Source: Pseudomonadota bacterium
GTDB taxonomy: Bacteria > UBA10199 > 2-02-FULL-44-16 > JAAZCA01
Direction of reading: 5' to 3'
NCBI GenBank assembly: GCA_043798915.1
Contig: JAZDOG010000103.1
Span: forward strand, 1-64,000
Length of the DNA: 64,000 nucleotides
This document shows, one piece after another, positions 1-9,740 of this stretch. Numbering within the stretch: position 1 is the stretch's first letter; every line of letters starts with the position of its first letter. A program made the position numbers and the translations under genes. The notes below the pieces were generated by a model. It did no database searches. It was not told the DNA's origin and worked only from the letters and a program-made list of their open reading frames with translations.

Positions 1-1900
1 CATCGTTTTTCACCCTCGATCCCTTCTGTGCGAAGACGAAATCCGTGCCATCGCCGCCATCGAGGAGGTAATCCGACCCGTCCGAGCTGATCGGGACGAG
101 ATCGATCTGATGGATGTCATAGCCCTTTCCGCTGCCGCTCAGGGTGTTGTATTCGGCATTGATGTTGCTCAGGTCGAGCTTCAAACCCGGGTCGATCTTG
201 AAGACGATCGTATCGGCCCTTCCGCCGTTCGGGTCGGGTCTGACGAAGACCACGCAGGTGAACCCATCCTGGCCCTGCGTGACATATGCCTTGGTGTATC
301 CATCCGGCGCGAGCAGAGACAGGGTAGCCTGCGGGGTTTTGCCCGGTTCCGCCGAAATTTCGATCACGTTGCCCACCTGCTTTGCCTGGTAGCCGCCGTA
401 GGTGGCGGTGTTGCCGTCATCATCGCTGTAATTGGTCGGAGTGGCGAAGACCCCGTCTTTGACATAGCTCGCGAGCACGCCGTCGCTGTTCCCCTGGCTG
501 CTCGTCAGGGTATCGAGGTCGACTCCGTCGCTCACGAGGTTGTTCTTGGCGCCGAGGATCACGTCGTCTCCGCCGCCGCCATCGATGTTGATCACCTGGC
601 TGGTCAGGTGGTTGATCCTGCTGAAATCGATGATGTCGGCATCGGCGCTGCCGCGGAAGTTGAGTTTAGCGATGGCGTCCTGTGGCGTGTCTCCGAAGGC
701 CCCGCTGAAGAATTTCTCGATCCGGACGCTGAAGGATCCGTTGTCGCCCACGAACGTGATGATGAGGGATGAATCGTTGGGGTCCATCGAAGCATAGGCC
801 ATGGTGTAGCCGTCCGGCATGTCGATGTCGATGCTGCCGCCCTTGCCGGTCGTGTTCTTGACCTCGATCGTTCCGTCCTTTGCCACCTGGGAGACATCCC
901 AATCTGCGGAGGCCGTGATGAAGTCGGAGCTGGGGACCTTTGCGGCGGTGGCTTTGGTGAGGGTCTCGACGTCGGTCGATATCGACTCGTGGCCGTTGTC
1001 GACCGCCGTGTCTTTGCCGCCGCCGCCGTACACGATGTTGTGACCCGGGCCTGCGTCGATGTAATCGTCGCCGCCCGAGGTCGGATCCATATCGCCCGCT
1101 GTGCTGTTCGGGCCATAGTATCCGTCGCCGTAGATGGTATTGTCGCCCCCACCACCGTATATCTTGTCGCTGCCGCCCATGCCGGCGATCTTGTCGCTCG
1201 ACTGCGTTCCGTAGATCGTGTCGTCGCTGTCGGAGCCCCAGATGTAGAAACCAGCCGCCGTGGACGGCGAGCCGTTGTTCAGGCGGACGACCTTCTTTGT
1301 GTCTATCGTGACGCCGTGCGAGAGGCCGCGCGCGGATATGACGATCGGCTCCGATCGCATCGTCCCGTCTTTGACCACCCAGGACTTGCGCGTTCCATCC
1401 ATGTACTCGGCCGTGATGATGATGTCGCGCCCGCGGGATTCCGCGTACAGGGCGTTCATGTCGTCGGTCATCTGGAACGCGGCCTTGGTGGGCTGTGTCG
1501 GATCGCCGCTGCCGGGGATCACGACGGTCCCCTGATATTCGCCATAGAGCTCCGTATCGGCGAGCTTCTGGGTATCGTTGTCATCCTTGTTTATGAAGCT
1601 GGCCGGGATGCCGTTCCACAACGGATCGAGGTCCTGCGGCGCGGCGGTGCTGTCGGTTGTCGATCCGGCGGGGATGTTTCCGCCCCTATAGGCGACTTCC
1701 TCCGCCTTGAGCATCGTCTCTATGCGGCCCATCTCAACGAGGTGTTCCGTAGACATCCACTGTTCATTCTCGGCCTTGAACTGCTCGAGTTCGGCTATTG
1801 CCGCCTGCAGGTCAGCCTGGATCTGCGATGTGGCCGCGGTGCCGGTGCCGACAGTCACGGTCGTGGGATCGGTATTTGCTGTCGTGGCTTTTATCTTCAT
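1..1900 (-). CDS. RTX-like Ca-binding repeat protein, orphan, 3'-truncated by window edge (>633 aa); absent from the supplied ORF track
   Basis: Manual translation from the ATG at 1900 (ATGA overlap with upstream stop): MKIKATTANTDPTTVTVGTG..., open to base 1. Contains GSDSDDTIYGTQSSDKIAGMGGSDKIYGGGGDNTIYGD, GGDDYIDAGPGHNIVYGGGGKD, DGGGGDDVILG and DGGDGTDFVFA glycine/aspartate repeats. Confidence 0.85.
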   Translation of the reverse strand, partial: MKIKATTANTDPTTVTVGTGTAATSQIQADLQAAIAELEQFKAENEQWMSTEHLVEMGRIETMLKAEEVAYRGGNIPAGSTTDSTAAPQDLDPLWNGIPASFINKDDNDTQKLADTELYGEYQGTVVIPGSGDPTQPTKAAFQMTDDMNALYAESRGRDIIITAEYMDGTRKSWVVKDGTMRSEPIVISARGLSHGVTIDTKKVVRLNNGSPSTAAGFYIWGSDSDDTIYGTQSSDKIAGMGGSDKIYGGGGDNTIYGDGYYGPNSTAGDMDPTSGGDDYIDAGPGHNIVYGGGGKDTAVDNGHESISTDVETLTKATAAKVPSSDFITASADWDVSQVAKDGTIEVKNTTGKGGSIDIDMPDGYTMAYASMDPNDSSLIITFVGDNGSFSVRIEKFFSGAFGDTPQDAIAKLNFRGSADADIIDFSRINHLTSQVINIDGGGGDDVILGAKNNLVSDGVDLDTLTSSQGNSDGVLASYVKDGVFATPTNYSDDDGNTATYGGYQAKQVGNVIEISAEPGKTPQATLSLLAPDGYTKAYVTQGQDGFTCVVFVRPDPNGGRADTIVFKIDPGLKLDLSNINAEYNTLSGSGKGYDIHQIDLVPISSDGSDYLLDGGDGTDFVFAQKGSRVKND

Positions 1901-4287
1901 AATTGTGTTTGCCCCGTGATGGTAGCCGTGGTCGATGCGCTCGATGTCTCCCCTGTGTTGAAAAGATCGTCAGCCTCGCCGAACATCTCGTTGAAAAAGC
2001 TGTTCATCTCCGTGGCGAGATCGGTCGTCGACTTGAGGCCATCCCAGTCTGTCACTGGCTGCGTTTCGTCGGCCTCGGGCACTTTGTAGAGCTCATTCTC
2101 CCACTTAGTCTGCGCTTCGTCGCGAGCCTGCAGCGCATCCTTCAGGATCAGACCAGCCGAGCCGTCGCCGGCAATGGCGATATCCGGGTCTTCAGGATCT
2201 TCGTAGTATGCCGCTCCCTCCACCACCTCGTAGTAGTCGTTCCGGTAGGATTCCTGGTACTTCTTCATTGCCGCCGCCTGCCTGGCCTCGTCCGGTTTGT
2301 TCCCTTTGTCACCGGTCACCGCGTCGGCTACTGCCTGCTGCCTGACCGTGTCGGTCTCATCCGGATTGATGATGTAGTTCTTCTTGCCGCCGCGGACGTG
2401 AACGAAGCCCTTGGCGTTCGTGGACTTGCCGTCCGATCCGCTGGCGTAGAGCTCCGGCGTCGTGATTATGTTAGTGTCGTTGCTGCCGCCTGCCACCCAT
2501 GCGAGCGTCGCGTTGAAGATGAAGTTGTCGCCCTTGCCCGCGACCACGATGTTGTTGCCTTTTCCGGCCTCGACGATGTTGCTGTAGAACGCGTCGTCCT
2601 TCTTGATAGCCTTGTGGTCGGCCGGCATGTCCCTTTTAACATCGTCCGAAAGGACATTCACATCGGTGGTCCAGATGACGTCGTTGGCGGTCGTGCCTGT
2701 TATTTCGCCACGGAGCCCCTGTACGAAGATGCCGGTCCGGTTTGAGAGGAGCGCCTGTTTTTTCGGGTCGGAGTTTGTGGGGTCTCCGTTGTCGACCTTG
2801 TCGCTGATTGGCACATAGACATCGTGATACGAGGAGTAATCATAATTGCTGTTGTCTGCGGAGAATGCCCCGGTGTTCTCGTCGTGGGCGGCGTCGCCCC
2901 GGCCGTTGTCGCCCGGCTTTTTGATGCCCATCTTGGTCCAGACGTCGCCCTCGACGACGTGCCGGCCGGTCGATTTGTACTGGCTTGCATCGACCTTCAC
3001 CGGATCCACCCGCCCGCTGCCGTATATGCCGATCCCCACGCTCGATGCCGCGACGTAATTGCCACCTGCGGTGGTCGCAGCCGTCGGGATTGACCCCTTT
3101 GTATAGAACCCTTCGATCTGAAGCCTGGCTATGACCGTCTGGTTGTTTTTCATCTCGACGATCGTGTTGTAGAGGATATTTGGGGGGTCATTGTTATCTT
3201 TCAGGCCGCTGTCTTCGGAGATGATGTTCACGTCGGTCACCTGAACCTGAACGTACTTGGAGAGGTCGGAGGGCACTTCCTGATGGAGGCCGCCGTTGGT
3301 GATCCACTTCTCCGGGATCATCTTCTCTTCGTTCGTGTCCTTGCTGTCGAGCTTGTACTGTATCGGCGCCGCGCCGGTGCTGGTGGTCGTGCCGTTGTCG
3401 ATCCGTTCCACCCAGACGGATTGCGGGATGTTCAAGCCGATCGGGGTCTTATATATGTTGTCGGCGGAGAAGTTCTTGAGCGCGTCCTCTGTGAGCCTCA
3501 AGTAGAGGTCCACGTACTCCTCATCGCTGGACTTTATGGAATCCTTCTTGTCTATGACCTCGAGATATCCATCTTTGGTCAGGTAGGGTTTGTATGACGG
3601 ATTTGTCCACGGATTCGGAATGGCGCGCTTGCTCGCGGGGTCGATGTACACCGTCGTGCCGTCGGACTTGTGGACGACGCCGAGCGAATTCGGATCGCCT
3701 GGGCGGCCGATCCAGCCGTCGTTGTTGAGATCCACCGGGCCATTCGGCCCGCCGGCCATCTCTTCCATATAGGTCTTCGACTGGCCGCTCGCCATCTTCG
3801 TCACTTTCTTCATTTCCTGGTCGCATTTCAGGAGCGCCTGGCCGATGAGGCCGATCTTCGTGTTGAGGCTGGCCTTCTCCTCGGTCGTGGTGCTTGCGGA
3901 GGCGAGGGCGGTCTGGTAGCTGTCGCGCAGGGTCGTGAGGTCGGCCTGGGCCTTCTGATAGCGCTGCATCACGAGGTCGAGGCTGTTTGCGGCGTTCCGG
4001 TTTCCTGTAATGATCTCTTCGAGCGTGGGCGGAAAACTTGCGAGCCAGATGGAGGCATTGTCGGCGTTGTTCTGTATAGCCCCGCCCTTGATGTCGCCGA
4101 AGGTGTAGTCGTCGACAGGGTCCGCGTTTCCGTTCCAGGCGTCGGAGGAAGAGGAGGCGCCGTTGCCGAAGGCGTTGTCGAAATAATCCTGGACCGCCTG
4201 ATTGGAATCGGTGCCTTGCGTGCCGGCAGGCGAGGCGGTGCCGCCGCCCAGCGTATCGACCTTTATGTGTACACCCTTTACCTGCAT
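1897..4287 (-). CDS. Orphan acidic D/G/T/N-rich 796-aa protein with degenerate RTX-like repeats, a coiled coil and a DxNxDG Ca-binding loop
   Basis: Long ORF. Motifs GTTANDVIWT, AGKGNNIVVAGKGDNFIF and VDLNNDGWIG; helical segment ~aa 100-160; no hydrophobic signal peptide. Confidence 0.8.
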   Translation of the reverse strand: MQVKGVHIKVDTLGGGTASPAGTQGTDSNQAVQDYFDNAFGNGASSSSDAWNGNADPVDDYTFGDIKGGAIQNNADNASIWLASFPPTLEEIITGNRNAANSLDLVMQRYQKAQADLTTLRDSYQTALASASTTTEEKASLNTKIGLIGQALLKCDQEMKKVTKMASGQSKTYMEEMAGGPNGPVDLNNDGWIGRPGDPNSLGVVHKSDGTTVYIDPASKRAIPNPWTNPSYKPYLTKDGYLEVIDKKDSIKSSDEEYVDLYLRLTEDALKNFSADNIYKTPIGLNIPQSVWVERIDNGTTTSTGAAPIQYKLDSKDTNEEKMIPEKWITNGGLHQEVPSDLSKYVQVQVTDVNIISEDSGLKDNNDPPNILYNTIVEMKNNQTVIARLQIEGFYTKGSIPTAATTAGGNYVAASSVGIGIYGSGRVDPVKVDASQYKSTGRHVVEGDVWTKMGIKKPGDNGRGDAAHDENTGAFSADNSNYDYSSYHDVYVPISDKVDNGDPTNSDPKKQALLSNRTGIFVQGLRGEITGTTANDVIWTTDVNVLSDDVKRDMPADHKAIKKDDAFYSNIVEAGKGNNIVVAGKGDNFIFNATLAWVAGGSNDTNIITTPELYASGSDGKSTNAKGFVHVRGGKKNYIINPDETDTVRQQAVADAVTGDKGNKPDEARQAAAMKKYQESYRNDYYEVVEGAAYYEDPEDPDIAIAGDGSAGLILKDALQARDEAQTKWENELYKVPEADETQPVTDWDGLKSTTDLATEMNSFFNEMFGEADDLFNTGETSSASTTATITGQTQL

Positions 4288-4323
4288 AGATACCTCAATG
4301 AGTGCTTCCCCGGGGACATCTTT

Positions 4324-4339
4324 TGCAAGATCGTTGCCA
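4324..4339 (-). promoter_or_regulatory. sigma54 (-24/-12) promoter
   Basis: Minus strand TGGCAACGATCTTGCA = GG-N10-GC, ~37 nt upstream of the 4287 start. Confidence 0.75.
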
Positions 4340-4481
4340 ACTTGAGCCTGTTTTGATAGCTGCTAACAAATTGTATTTAAAAGTCTTTTTTCGAGCCTTC
4401 ATCAGTGTCTTCCTGAAGTCGCCTGCTTATTGTGGAGATAAGGTTCCAAAATGGGGTGCCGAGTCATCATGTTTCGAAGTG

Positions 4482-4573
4482 CTCCCTCCCTTTGTAAGGG
4501 AGGGATGGGGAGGGTAGACCATGTATATTTCGCACGATCTACCCCCTCTAACTCCCCCTTACAAAGGGGGAGG
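4482..4573. repeat. REPIN-like inverted doublet of purine/pyrimidine-block hairpins
   Basis: Hairpins TCCCTCCCTT-TGT-AAGGGAGGGA (4483-4505) and CTCCCCCTT-ACA-AAGGGGGAG (4552-4572). The two ~36-bp units are imperfect inverted copies of each other. Confidence 0.75.
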
Positions 4574-4589
4574 ATGACTTACAGTGGAT

Positions 4590-5189
4590 TCAGGGGAGTT
4601 GTTTATCCAGGGCTGCAGCGGCTTCATCCGTGGCTTTCTGCTGCCATGCGGCATAGAAGCGCGCCTTATTGAGCTGGGTGCGCGCATTGAAGAGCGTCTG
4701 TTCAAGGCCTTCCCTGTGTTTCCAGAGGGCGCTTATCTCATCGGCGGTCATCCGGGTCATATTCGATCGGTCGAGGGCCTTATCGACCTCCTGAATAAGC
4801 TTTTCTATCGTCATCTCCAAACCCGCATATTTCGTGACGATGCCGGTCATGTCGATATCGGAACCGTTTTTGAATATGTCCGTTTGTAAATCAGGCACTT
4901 GAGGCAGCTGAAAATCGGCGGAGGAGGGCTTGGAGGGATTGTCATCGCCCATCATCATATCGCCTATGAGTGTCTGGATTGGATCTTCGCCTGCGCGCAT
5001 TGCCTTTGCGCACGAGGCCTTTCCCGACGGCCGGCCCGAAACGAGGCCCTTGTACTGGTCGACGCCGGAGGTCGAATAGCGGTCTGCGGGCTTCACATCA
5101 TTCTTTGGCAAATTGCCGGAGGCAGATGGCAGAGGATGCCCGTTATCCGGGATCGCGCTTACCTTTGGATTGAAATCTGTTTTGGTCAT
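4590..5189 (-). CDS. Hypothetical protein; disordered S/P-rich N-terminus, coiled-coil C-terminus
   Basis: 199-aa ORF, co-oriented with the upstream orphan; family not recognised. Confidence 0.7.
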   Translation of the reverse strand: MTKTDFNPKVSAIPDNGHPLPSASGNLPKNDVKPADRYSTSGVDQYKGLVSGRPSGKASCAKAMRAGEDPIQTLIGDMMMGDDNPSKPSSADFQLPQVPDLQTDIFKNGSDIDMTGIVTKYAGLEMTIEKLIQEVDKALDRSNMTRMTADEISALWKHREGLEQTLFNARTQLNKARFYAAWQQKATDEAAAALDKQLP

Positions 5190-5223
5190 CAGTTTACCTA
5201 AAGTACTGGTTTAATAAGTATGG

Positions 5224-5496
5224 CTAAGAATGCGTATTAATTATCTGTTCAAGATCAACAATGGCTTCGTTCAACTGTTTCTTCATGTTGGCGATGTCTG
5301 TCTTGTCGACGTAGCCGTTGAGGAGATTGATTAGCTCGCCCTTCGTCTTCAATGAGGCCAGGAGCTGGTGCGGATCGGGAGACTGGACCTCGGGTTCGGT
5401 GCTGGCAGATGTCTTCGCCGCTGGCTTCTGTGACTCCAGTTCCCTTATGACCGCCAGGATATCACCTTCTCTCTCGTTCACTCGCATCGTGGCCAT
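5224..5496 (-). CDS. Hypothetical helical protein (~90 aa)
   Basis: ATG at 5496 (MATMRVNE...) preceded by a GAGGAG RBS and a sigma54 promoter. Confidence 0.7.
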   Translation of the reverse strand: MATMRVNEREGDILAVIRELESQKPAAKTSASTEPEVQSPDPHQLLASLKTKGELINLLNGYVDKTDIANMKKQLNEAIVDLEQIINTHS

Positions 5497-5553
5497 CGTC
5501 GTGATCTCCTCTTTCAAAGTGATGAGTCCGCATGAGACTCCGCAGATATTCAA

Positions 5554-5569
5554 TGCAAAAGACCTGCCA
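5554..5569 (-). promoter_or_regulatory. sigma54 (-24/-12) promoter
   Basis: Minus strand TGGCAGGTCTTTTGCA = GG-N10-GC, close to the TGGCACG-N4-TTGCA consensus. Confidence 0.8.
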
Positions 5570-5705
5570 GAAATGGCAAAGCGCTCCGTCTGACAGAAAA
5601 ACATCATATTTCAGCTAAATAGAAGCTTGGGCCAGACAGCGGACTTGGACGGTGAACTGTGGAGACAGGGGAGAATGTATACTGTTTCGGGGAGAAGGCT
5701 CCCCA

Positions 5706-6335
5706 CTATTCTTTTGGCGTGAGTTTCATGGCCAGTTCGCGCAGCTTCTGTATCTGGCCAAGGAGGCGGTCGAGCTGCTCTACGTCGGGAGTGACCAGGC
5801 GCCGTTTTCTGCGCTTCGGGCCTGCGATTGCGAGGGCCTGCTGCGTGATGCGGTCCACCTCGCGGATGAGCGCCTTGGGGGAGGGGATGCCCGCTCTTGT
5901 GCCCGCCTCGGCGGACGGGGCCTTTTGCTGCCTTGCCTTGCGTTTGTGGGTTAGATGTTTTTCGAGCAGCGCGGGGAGGTTTTCGAGCGTCTCGCGCGTT
6001 TTGCCGAGGTATTCCACGGCGCCCCTCTTTATGAACTCGGCCGCAAGCCTCTCATCGCCACGCCCGCTTATCACCACGATGGGAGTGCCGCCCGCCATGC
6101 GCGAAAGTTTTTGAATGGAGTCGGTCACCGGCGTTTGCCTGATGACCCCGCCTGTGATGATGAGGTCGTAGGCCGTTTGACCGGCGAACTCGATACCGTC
6201 CTCGATCGTGTCGACGGTGTGGATGATGACAGGGGCGAAATGGCGGTCGAGCACCTCGGTGAGGAGCTCGGCATGATTCGCGTTGTCCTCGATCACGAGG
6301 ACGTAGCGAGGCTTGGGATGCTTGGGAGCCGCCAT
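5706..6335 (-). CDS. Atypical response-regulator receiver protein (phosphoacceptor Asp replaced by Gly) with basic helical tail
   Basis: VLVIED, YDLIITGG, PIVVISG and GAVEYLGK receiver motifs. Confidence 0.8.
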   Translation of the reverse strand: MAAPKHPKPRYVLVIEDNANHAELLTEVLDRHFAPVIIHTVDTIEDGIEFAGQTAYDLIITGGVIRQTPVTDSIQKLSRMAGGTPIVVISGRGDERLAAEFIKRGAVEYLGKTRETLENLPALLEKHLTHKRKARQQKAPSAEAGTRAGIPSPKALIREVDRITQQALAIAGPKRRKRRLVTPDVEQLDRLLGQIQKLRELAMKLTPKE

Positions 6336-6349
6336 AAAAGGTTATTGTA

Positions 6350-7519
6350 TTACAACCCCAGTATTCGCTTCAGATCCTGTGCCTTGTCTGTGCGCTCCCA
6401 GGTGAACTCTGGTTCGCTGCGCCCGAAGTGGCCGCCCGATGCGGTCTTCTGGTAGATTGGCCTCAGGAGATCCAGGTGTTTGATGATGGCTGCGGGCTTG
6501 AGCGGGAATATCTCCCTGACTGCCTGCGTGAGCTTCTCATGGTCGACCTTTGAAGTTCCGAAGCCATTGATCATGAGGGAGACCGGCTCGGCGAAGCCGA
6601 TTGCATATGCGATCTGCACTTCGCAGCGATCCACCGCGCCGGATGCGACGACGTTCTTGGCGATGTAGCGGGCCATGTAGGAGGCGCTGCGGTCCACTTT
6701 CGACGGGTCCTTGCCGGAGAAAGCGCCGCCGCCGTGGCTGCCCTGGCCGCCGTAGGTGTCGACGATGATCTTGCGCCCCGTGAGGCCGCAATCCGCATGT
6801 GGTCCACCGAGGACGAATCTGCCGGTGGGGTTGATGAGATAGCGCGTCTGTTTGTCGAGGAGCTGGCCCGGAATGCTCGTCTTGACGATCTTCTCGATCA
6901 CCGTCTCCTTGAGCTCATCGTGTGATACATCCGGATCATGCTGCGTGGAGACGACGACTGTGTCGACGCGGAGGGGTTTGTTGTTTTCATACTGGATGGT
7001 CACCTGCGACTTGCCGTCGGGACGAAGGAAGGAGATATCCTTGTTCTTGCGGGCTTCGGCCAGCTTCCGCGTCAGGCGGTGGGCATAGACGATGGGGGAG
7101 GGCATCAGCTCTTCGGTCTCGTTGCAGGCGAAGCCGAACATGAGGCCCTGATCGCCGGCGCCCTGTTCCTTGAAGAGGCCTTGCCCCTCCGTGACGCCCT
7201 GGGAGATATCGGGCGACTGCTTGTCGATCGATATGATGACGCCGCATGTCTCCCAGTCGAAGCCCATCGAGTGATGGCAGTAGCCGATGTCGCGGATCGT
7301 CTTTCGCACGACCTCCGGGTATGAGACATTAGCGGTCGTCGTGATCTCGCCGGCGACCACGGCCATGCCGGTCGTGACCATCGTTTCGCAGGCGACGCGC
7401 GAGGTCTTGTCCTGGCTTAATATGGCATCGAGCACCGCATCGGATATCTGGTCTGCGACCTTGTCCGGGTGCCCTTCGGTGACTGATTCGGAGGTGAAAA
7501 GATACGATGCTGGCTTCAT
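6350..7519 (-). CDS. metK: S-adenosylmethionine synthetase
   Basis: [35 protein letters not shown]. Confidence 0.99.
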   Translation of the reverse strand: MKPASYLFTSESVTEGHPDKVADQISDAVLDAILSQDKTSRVACETMVTTGMAVVAGEITTTANVSYPEVVRKTIRDIGYCHHSMGFDWETCGVIISIDKQSPDISQGVTEGQGLFKEQGAGDQGLMFGFACNETEELMPSPIVYAHRLTRKLAEARKNKDISFLRPDGKSQVTIQYENNKPLRVDTVVVSTQHDPDVSHDELKETVIEKIVKTSIPGQLLDKQTRYLINPTGRFVLGGPHADCGLTGRKIIVDTYGGQGSHGGGAFSGKDPSKVDRSASYMARYIAKNVVASGAVDRCEVQIAYAIGFAEPVSLMINGFGTSKVDHEKLTQAVREIFPLKPAAIIKHLDLLRPIYQKTASGGHFGRSEPEFTWERTDKAQDLKRILGL

Positions 7520-7578
7520 GCGGCTCCCCTTTCATCTGTTGTTGGTTGTTGACGGTTTCCAGCGCTGATTGGGGACGG

Positions 7579-7608
7579 ACTATAGGCAGCGCCTGACGGG
7601 CCTGTCAA
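7579..7608 (-). promoter_or_regulatory. sigma70-type promoter of metK
   Basis: TTGACA-N18-TATAGT on the minus strand. Confidence 0.6.
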
Positions 7609-7655
7609 GCGGTTTTCCGGCCCTAATATCCCGAAGTTTCAGAATATTTTAAATG

Positions 7656-9446
7656 TCAGGATCCCGAGGGATGTTCCTCCAGGATATGCAGATTCCTGAC
7701 TTCGCCCGGCAGGATGTGGCTCGTCTTCTTCTTCAGGAACTTCTCCACTTCCTCCGCGGTTGAGATGGAGAGGGCCTGCTTCATGATCTGGATTGACTGC
7801 TTTTTGGTGATGCACGTGAGTATCTTTTTCACGCGCGGTATGGAAACGGGGTTCATCGACAGCGCGTCGAGCTCCATGCCCACGAGGAGAGGTATGGCCA
7901 GCGGGTCGCCGGCCATCTCGCCGCAGATGGCCACCTCTATGCCCGCGCGTTTTGCCGCGGCGACGGTCTGCCGGATCATGCGCAGCACCGCTGGGTGAAA
8001 GGGGTTGTAGAGATATGAGACATGCTCGTTGATGCGGTCGATCGCCAGGCCGTACTGTATGAGGTCGTTCGTGCCTATCGAGAAGAAATCGGCCTCGGCC
8101 GCCAGCTCCGTGGCGAGGAATACCGCCGACGGGATCTCGATCATGATTCCCAGCGGCACTTTGTCTTCAAATGGAATCCCCTTGGCCGAGAGGTCGCGCT
8201 TCACGTCGCGGATGATCTTTTTGACCTTCGTGACCTCCTCGACGCTCGAGATCATTGGCAGGAGGATGCGGAGGTTGCCGTGCGTGGAAGCGCGCAACAG
8301 GGCGCGCAACTGCGTCTTGAAGAGGGCGATCTCCTTGAGGCAGAGGCGGATGGCGCGAAGTCCGAGCGCCGGGTTGGCCTCTGGCTCGACCGACGACTGC
8401 ACAAGCGTGAGCTTGTCGCTGCCCAGGTCAATCGTGCGGATGGTCACCGGGCGGGGCTTCAAGTCCTCCAGGACCGTAACGTAGTTGGCAAACTGTTCTT
8501 CCTCGGACGGCTCGTCCATGCGGTTCAAGAAGAGATACTCCGTGCGGTAGAGACCCACGCCCTCCGCGCCATGCTGGAGGAGCGAGCCTATCTCCTCGAC
8601 CAGCTCCATGTTTGCCTCGATCTTGATGTGAAAGCCGTCCTTCGTCGCGGCAGGCAGGTGGATGTCCTGCATGAGGATCTGCTCGAGCGCCAGGTACTTT
8701 TGCTGGATGAGCTTGTACTGTTCGAGTTCCCGGCGGCTCGGAGAGGCGATGAGAAGGCCCTTCATGCCGTCGAGTATCAGCGTCTCGCCGTCCTCGATCT
8801 GATCGAAGACCTCCTTCACGCCGAAGGCCGCCGGTATCTCCAGCGATCGCGATATGATTGCGCTGTGCGAGGTCTCGCCGCCGATCTCCATGACGAAGCC
8901 CTTGACCCGGTCCTTCGGAAGGCTCGCCACCTCCGCAGGGGAGATGTCGTGCGCGACGAGGACGAATTCCCCGCGCGGCAGCTCCGCCAGCGGCAGCTCC
9001 GGGCTCCCCGTGAGGTTGTCCATGACGCGGCGGCCCACATAGTCGATGTCCTGCCTGCGTTCGCGGAAATATTCCTCGTTGACGTTCAGGAACGAGAGCT
9101 TGAGCTGCGCGAGTGTCTTGTCGAGCGCCCACTCGGCGTTGATCTTGGATTGCTCTATGTTCTTGATTGTGGTCGCGACCAGCATGTCGTCCTGGAGGAA
9201 CATGCGGTGCGACTCGATGATCTTTATCTGATCGTGCCCCTGAAAGCGGCACATCTTGGATTGGATCTGCGACAGTTGTTCCTTGGACCTGTGTACGGCC
9301 GACTTGAATCTTGAAATCTCGTCATCGACGTCCTGATCCTTCACCCATGTGCGGATAAACGCCACGCCCCTGTTGTGCAGGCGATGCGCCTTCCCGATTG
9401 CGATGCCGGGGGATGTGGCGCTGGAATGGAATCTGCGCGTTTTCAT
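7656..9446 (-). CDS. ptsI: PEP-protein phosphotransferase (PTS Enzyme I)
   Basis: SPGIAIG N-terminus, TSHSAI active-site His, GLYRTEYLF, SIGTNDLIQY, CGEMAGD; start moved to the ATG at 9446. Confidence 0.97.
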   Translation of the reverse strand: MKTRRFHSSATSPGIAIGKAHRLHNRGVAFIRTWVKDQDVDDEISRFKSAVHRSKEQLSQIQSKMCRFQGHDQIKIIESHRMFLQDDMLVATTIKNIEQSKINAEWALDKTLAQLKLSFLNVNEEYFRERRQDIDYVGRRVMDNLTGSPELPLAELPRGEFVLVAHDISPAEVASLPKDRVKGFVMEIGGETSHSAIISRSLEIPAAFGVKEVFDQIEDGETLILDGMKGLLIASPSRRELEQYKLIQQKYLALEQILMQDIHLPAATKDGFHIKIEANMELVEEIGSLLQHGAEGVGLYRTEYLFLNRMDEPSEEEQFANYVTVLEDLKPRPVTIRTIDLGSDKLTLVQSSVEPEANPALGLRAIRLCLKEIALFKTQLRALLRASTHGNLRILLPMISSVEEVTKVKKIIRDVKRDLSAKGIPFEDKVPLGIMIEIPSAVFLATELAAEADFFSIGTNDLIQYGLAIDRINEHVSYLYNPFHPAVLRMIRQTVAAAKRAGIEVAICGEMAGDPLAIPLLVGMELDALSMNPVSIPRVKKILTCITKKQSIQIMKQALSISTAEEVEKFLKKKTSHILPGEVRNLHILEEHPSGS

Positions 9447-9465
9447 CTTGGCTGATAGCTGCCTG

Positions 9466-9735
9466 TCATTCCTCTCCGAATTTATCCTCGATGAGCTGCC
9501 CCAGGGCCTCGATGGCCTCCTCCGCGTCATCTCCGCTCGCCTTGACATCTATCTCTGTCCCCTTGGATGCGGCGAGCATCAAAACTCCCATGATGCTCTT
9601 GCCGTTGACCGACATGGCATCCTTGCACACGAGGATATCAGAGCGGTAGCGATTCGTGACTTTCACGAAGGCGGCCGCAGCCCTCGCATGGAGGCCCAAT
9701 ATGTTTCTGATGGTGAATGATTTGGCGATTTCCAT
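9466..9735 (-). CDS. ptsH: Phosphocarrier protein HPr
   Basis: GLHARAA (His15) and NGKSIMG (Ser46); this is the C-terminal 89 aa of the listed 9466..10635 ORF. Confidence 0.95.
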   Translation of the reverse strand: MEIAKSFTIRNILGLHARAAAAFVKVTNRYRSDILVCKDAMSVNGKSIMGVLMLAASKGTEIDVKASGDDAEEAIEALGQLIEDKFGEE

Positions 9736-9740
9736 TGTAT

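Noticed and set aside
7520..7655. Possible SAM riboswitch before metK
   Set aside because: A sigma70 promoter leaves only ~55 nt of leader, with no S-box or other SAM motif visible.
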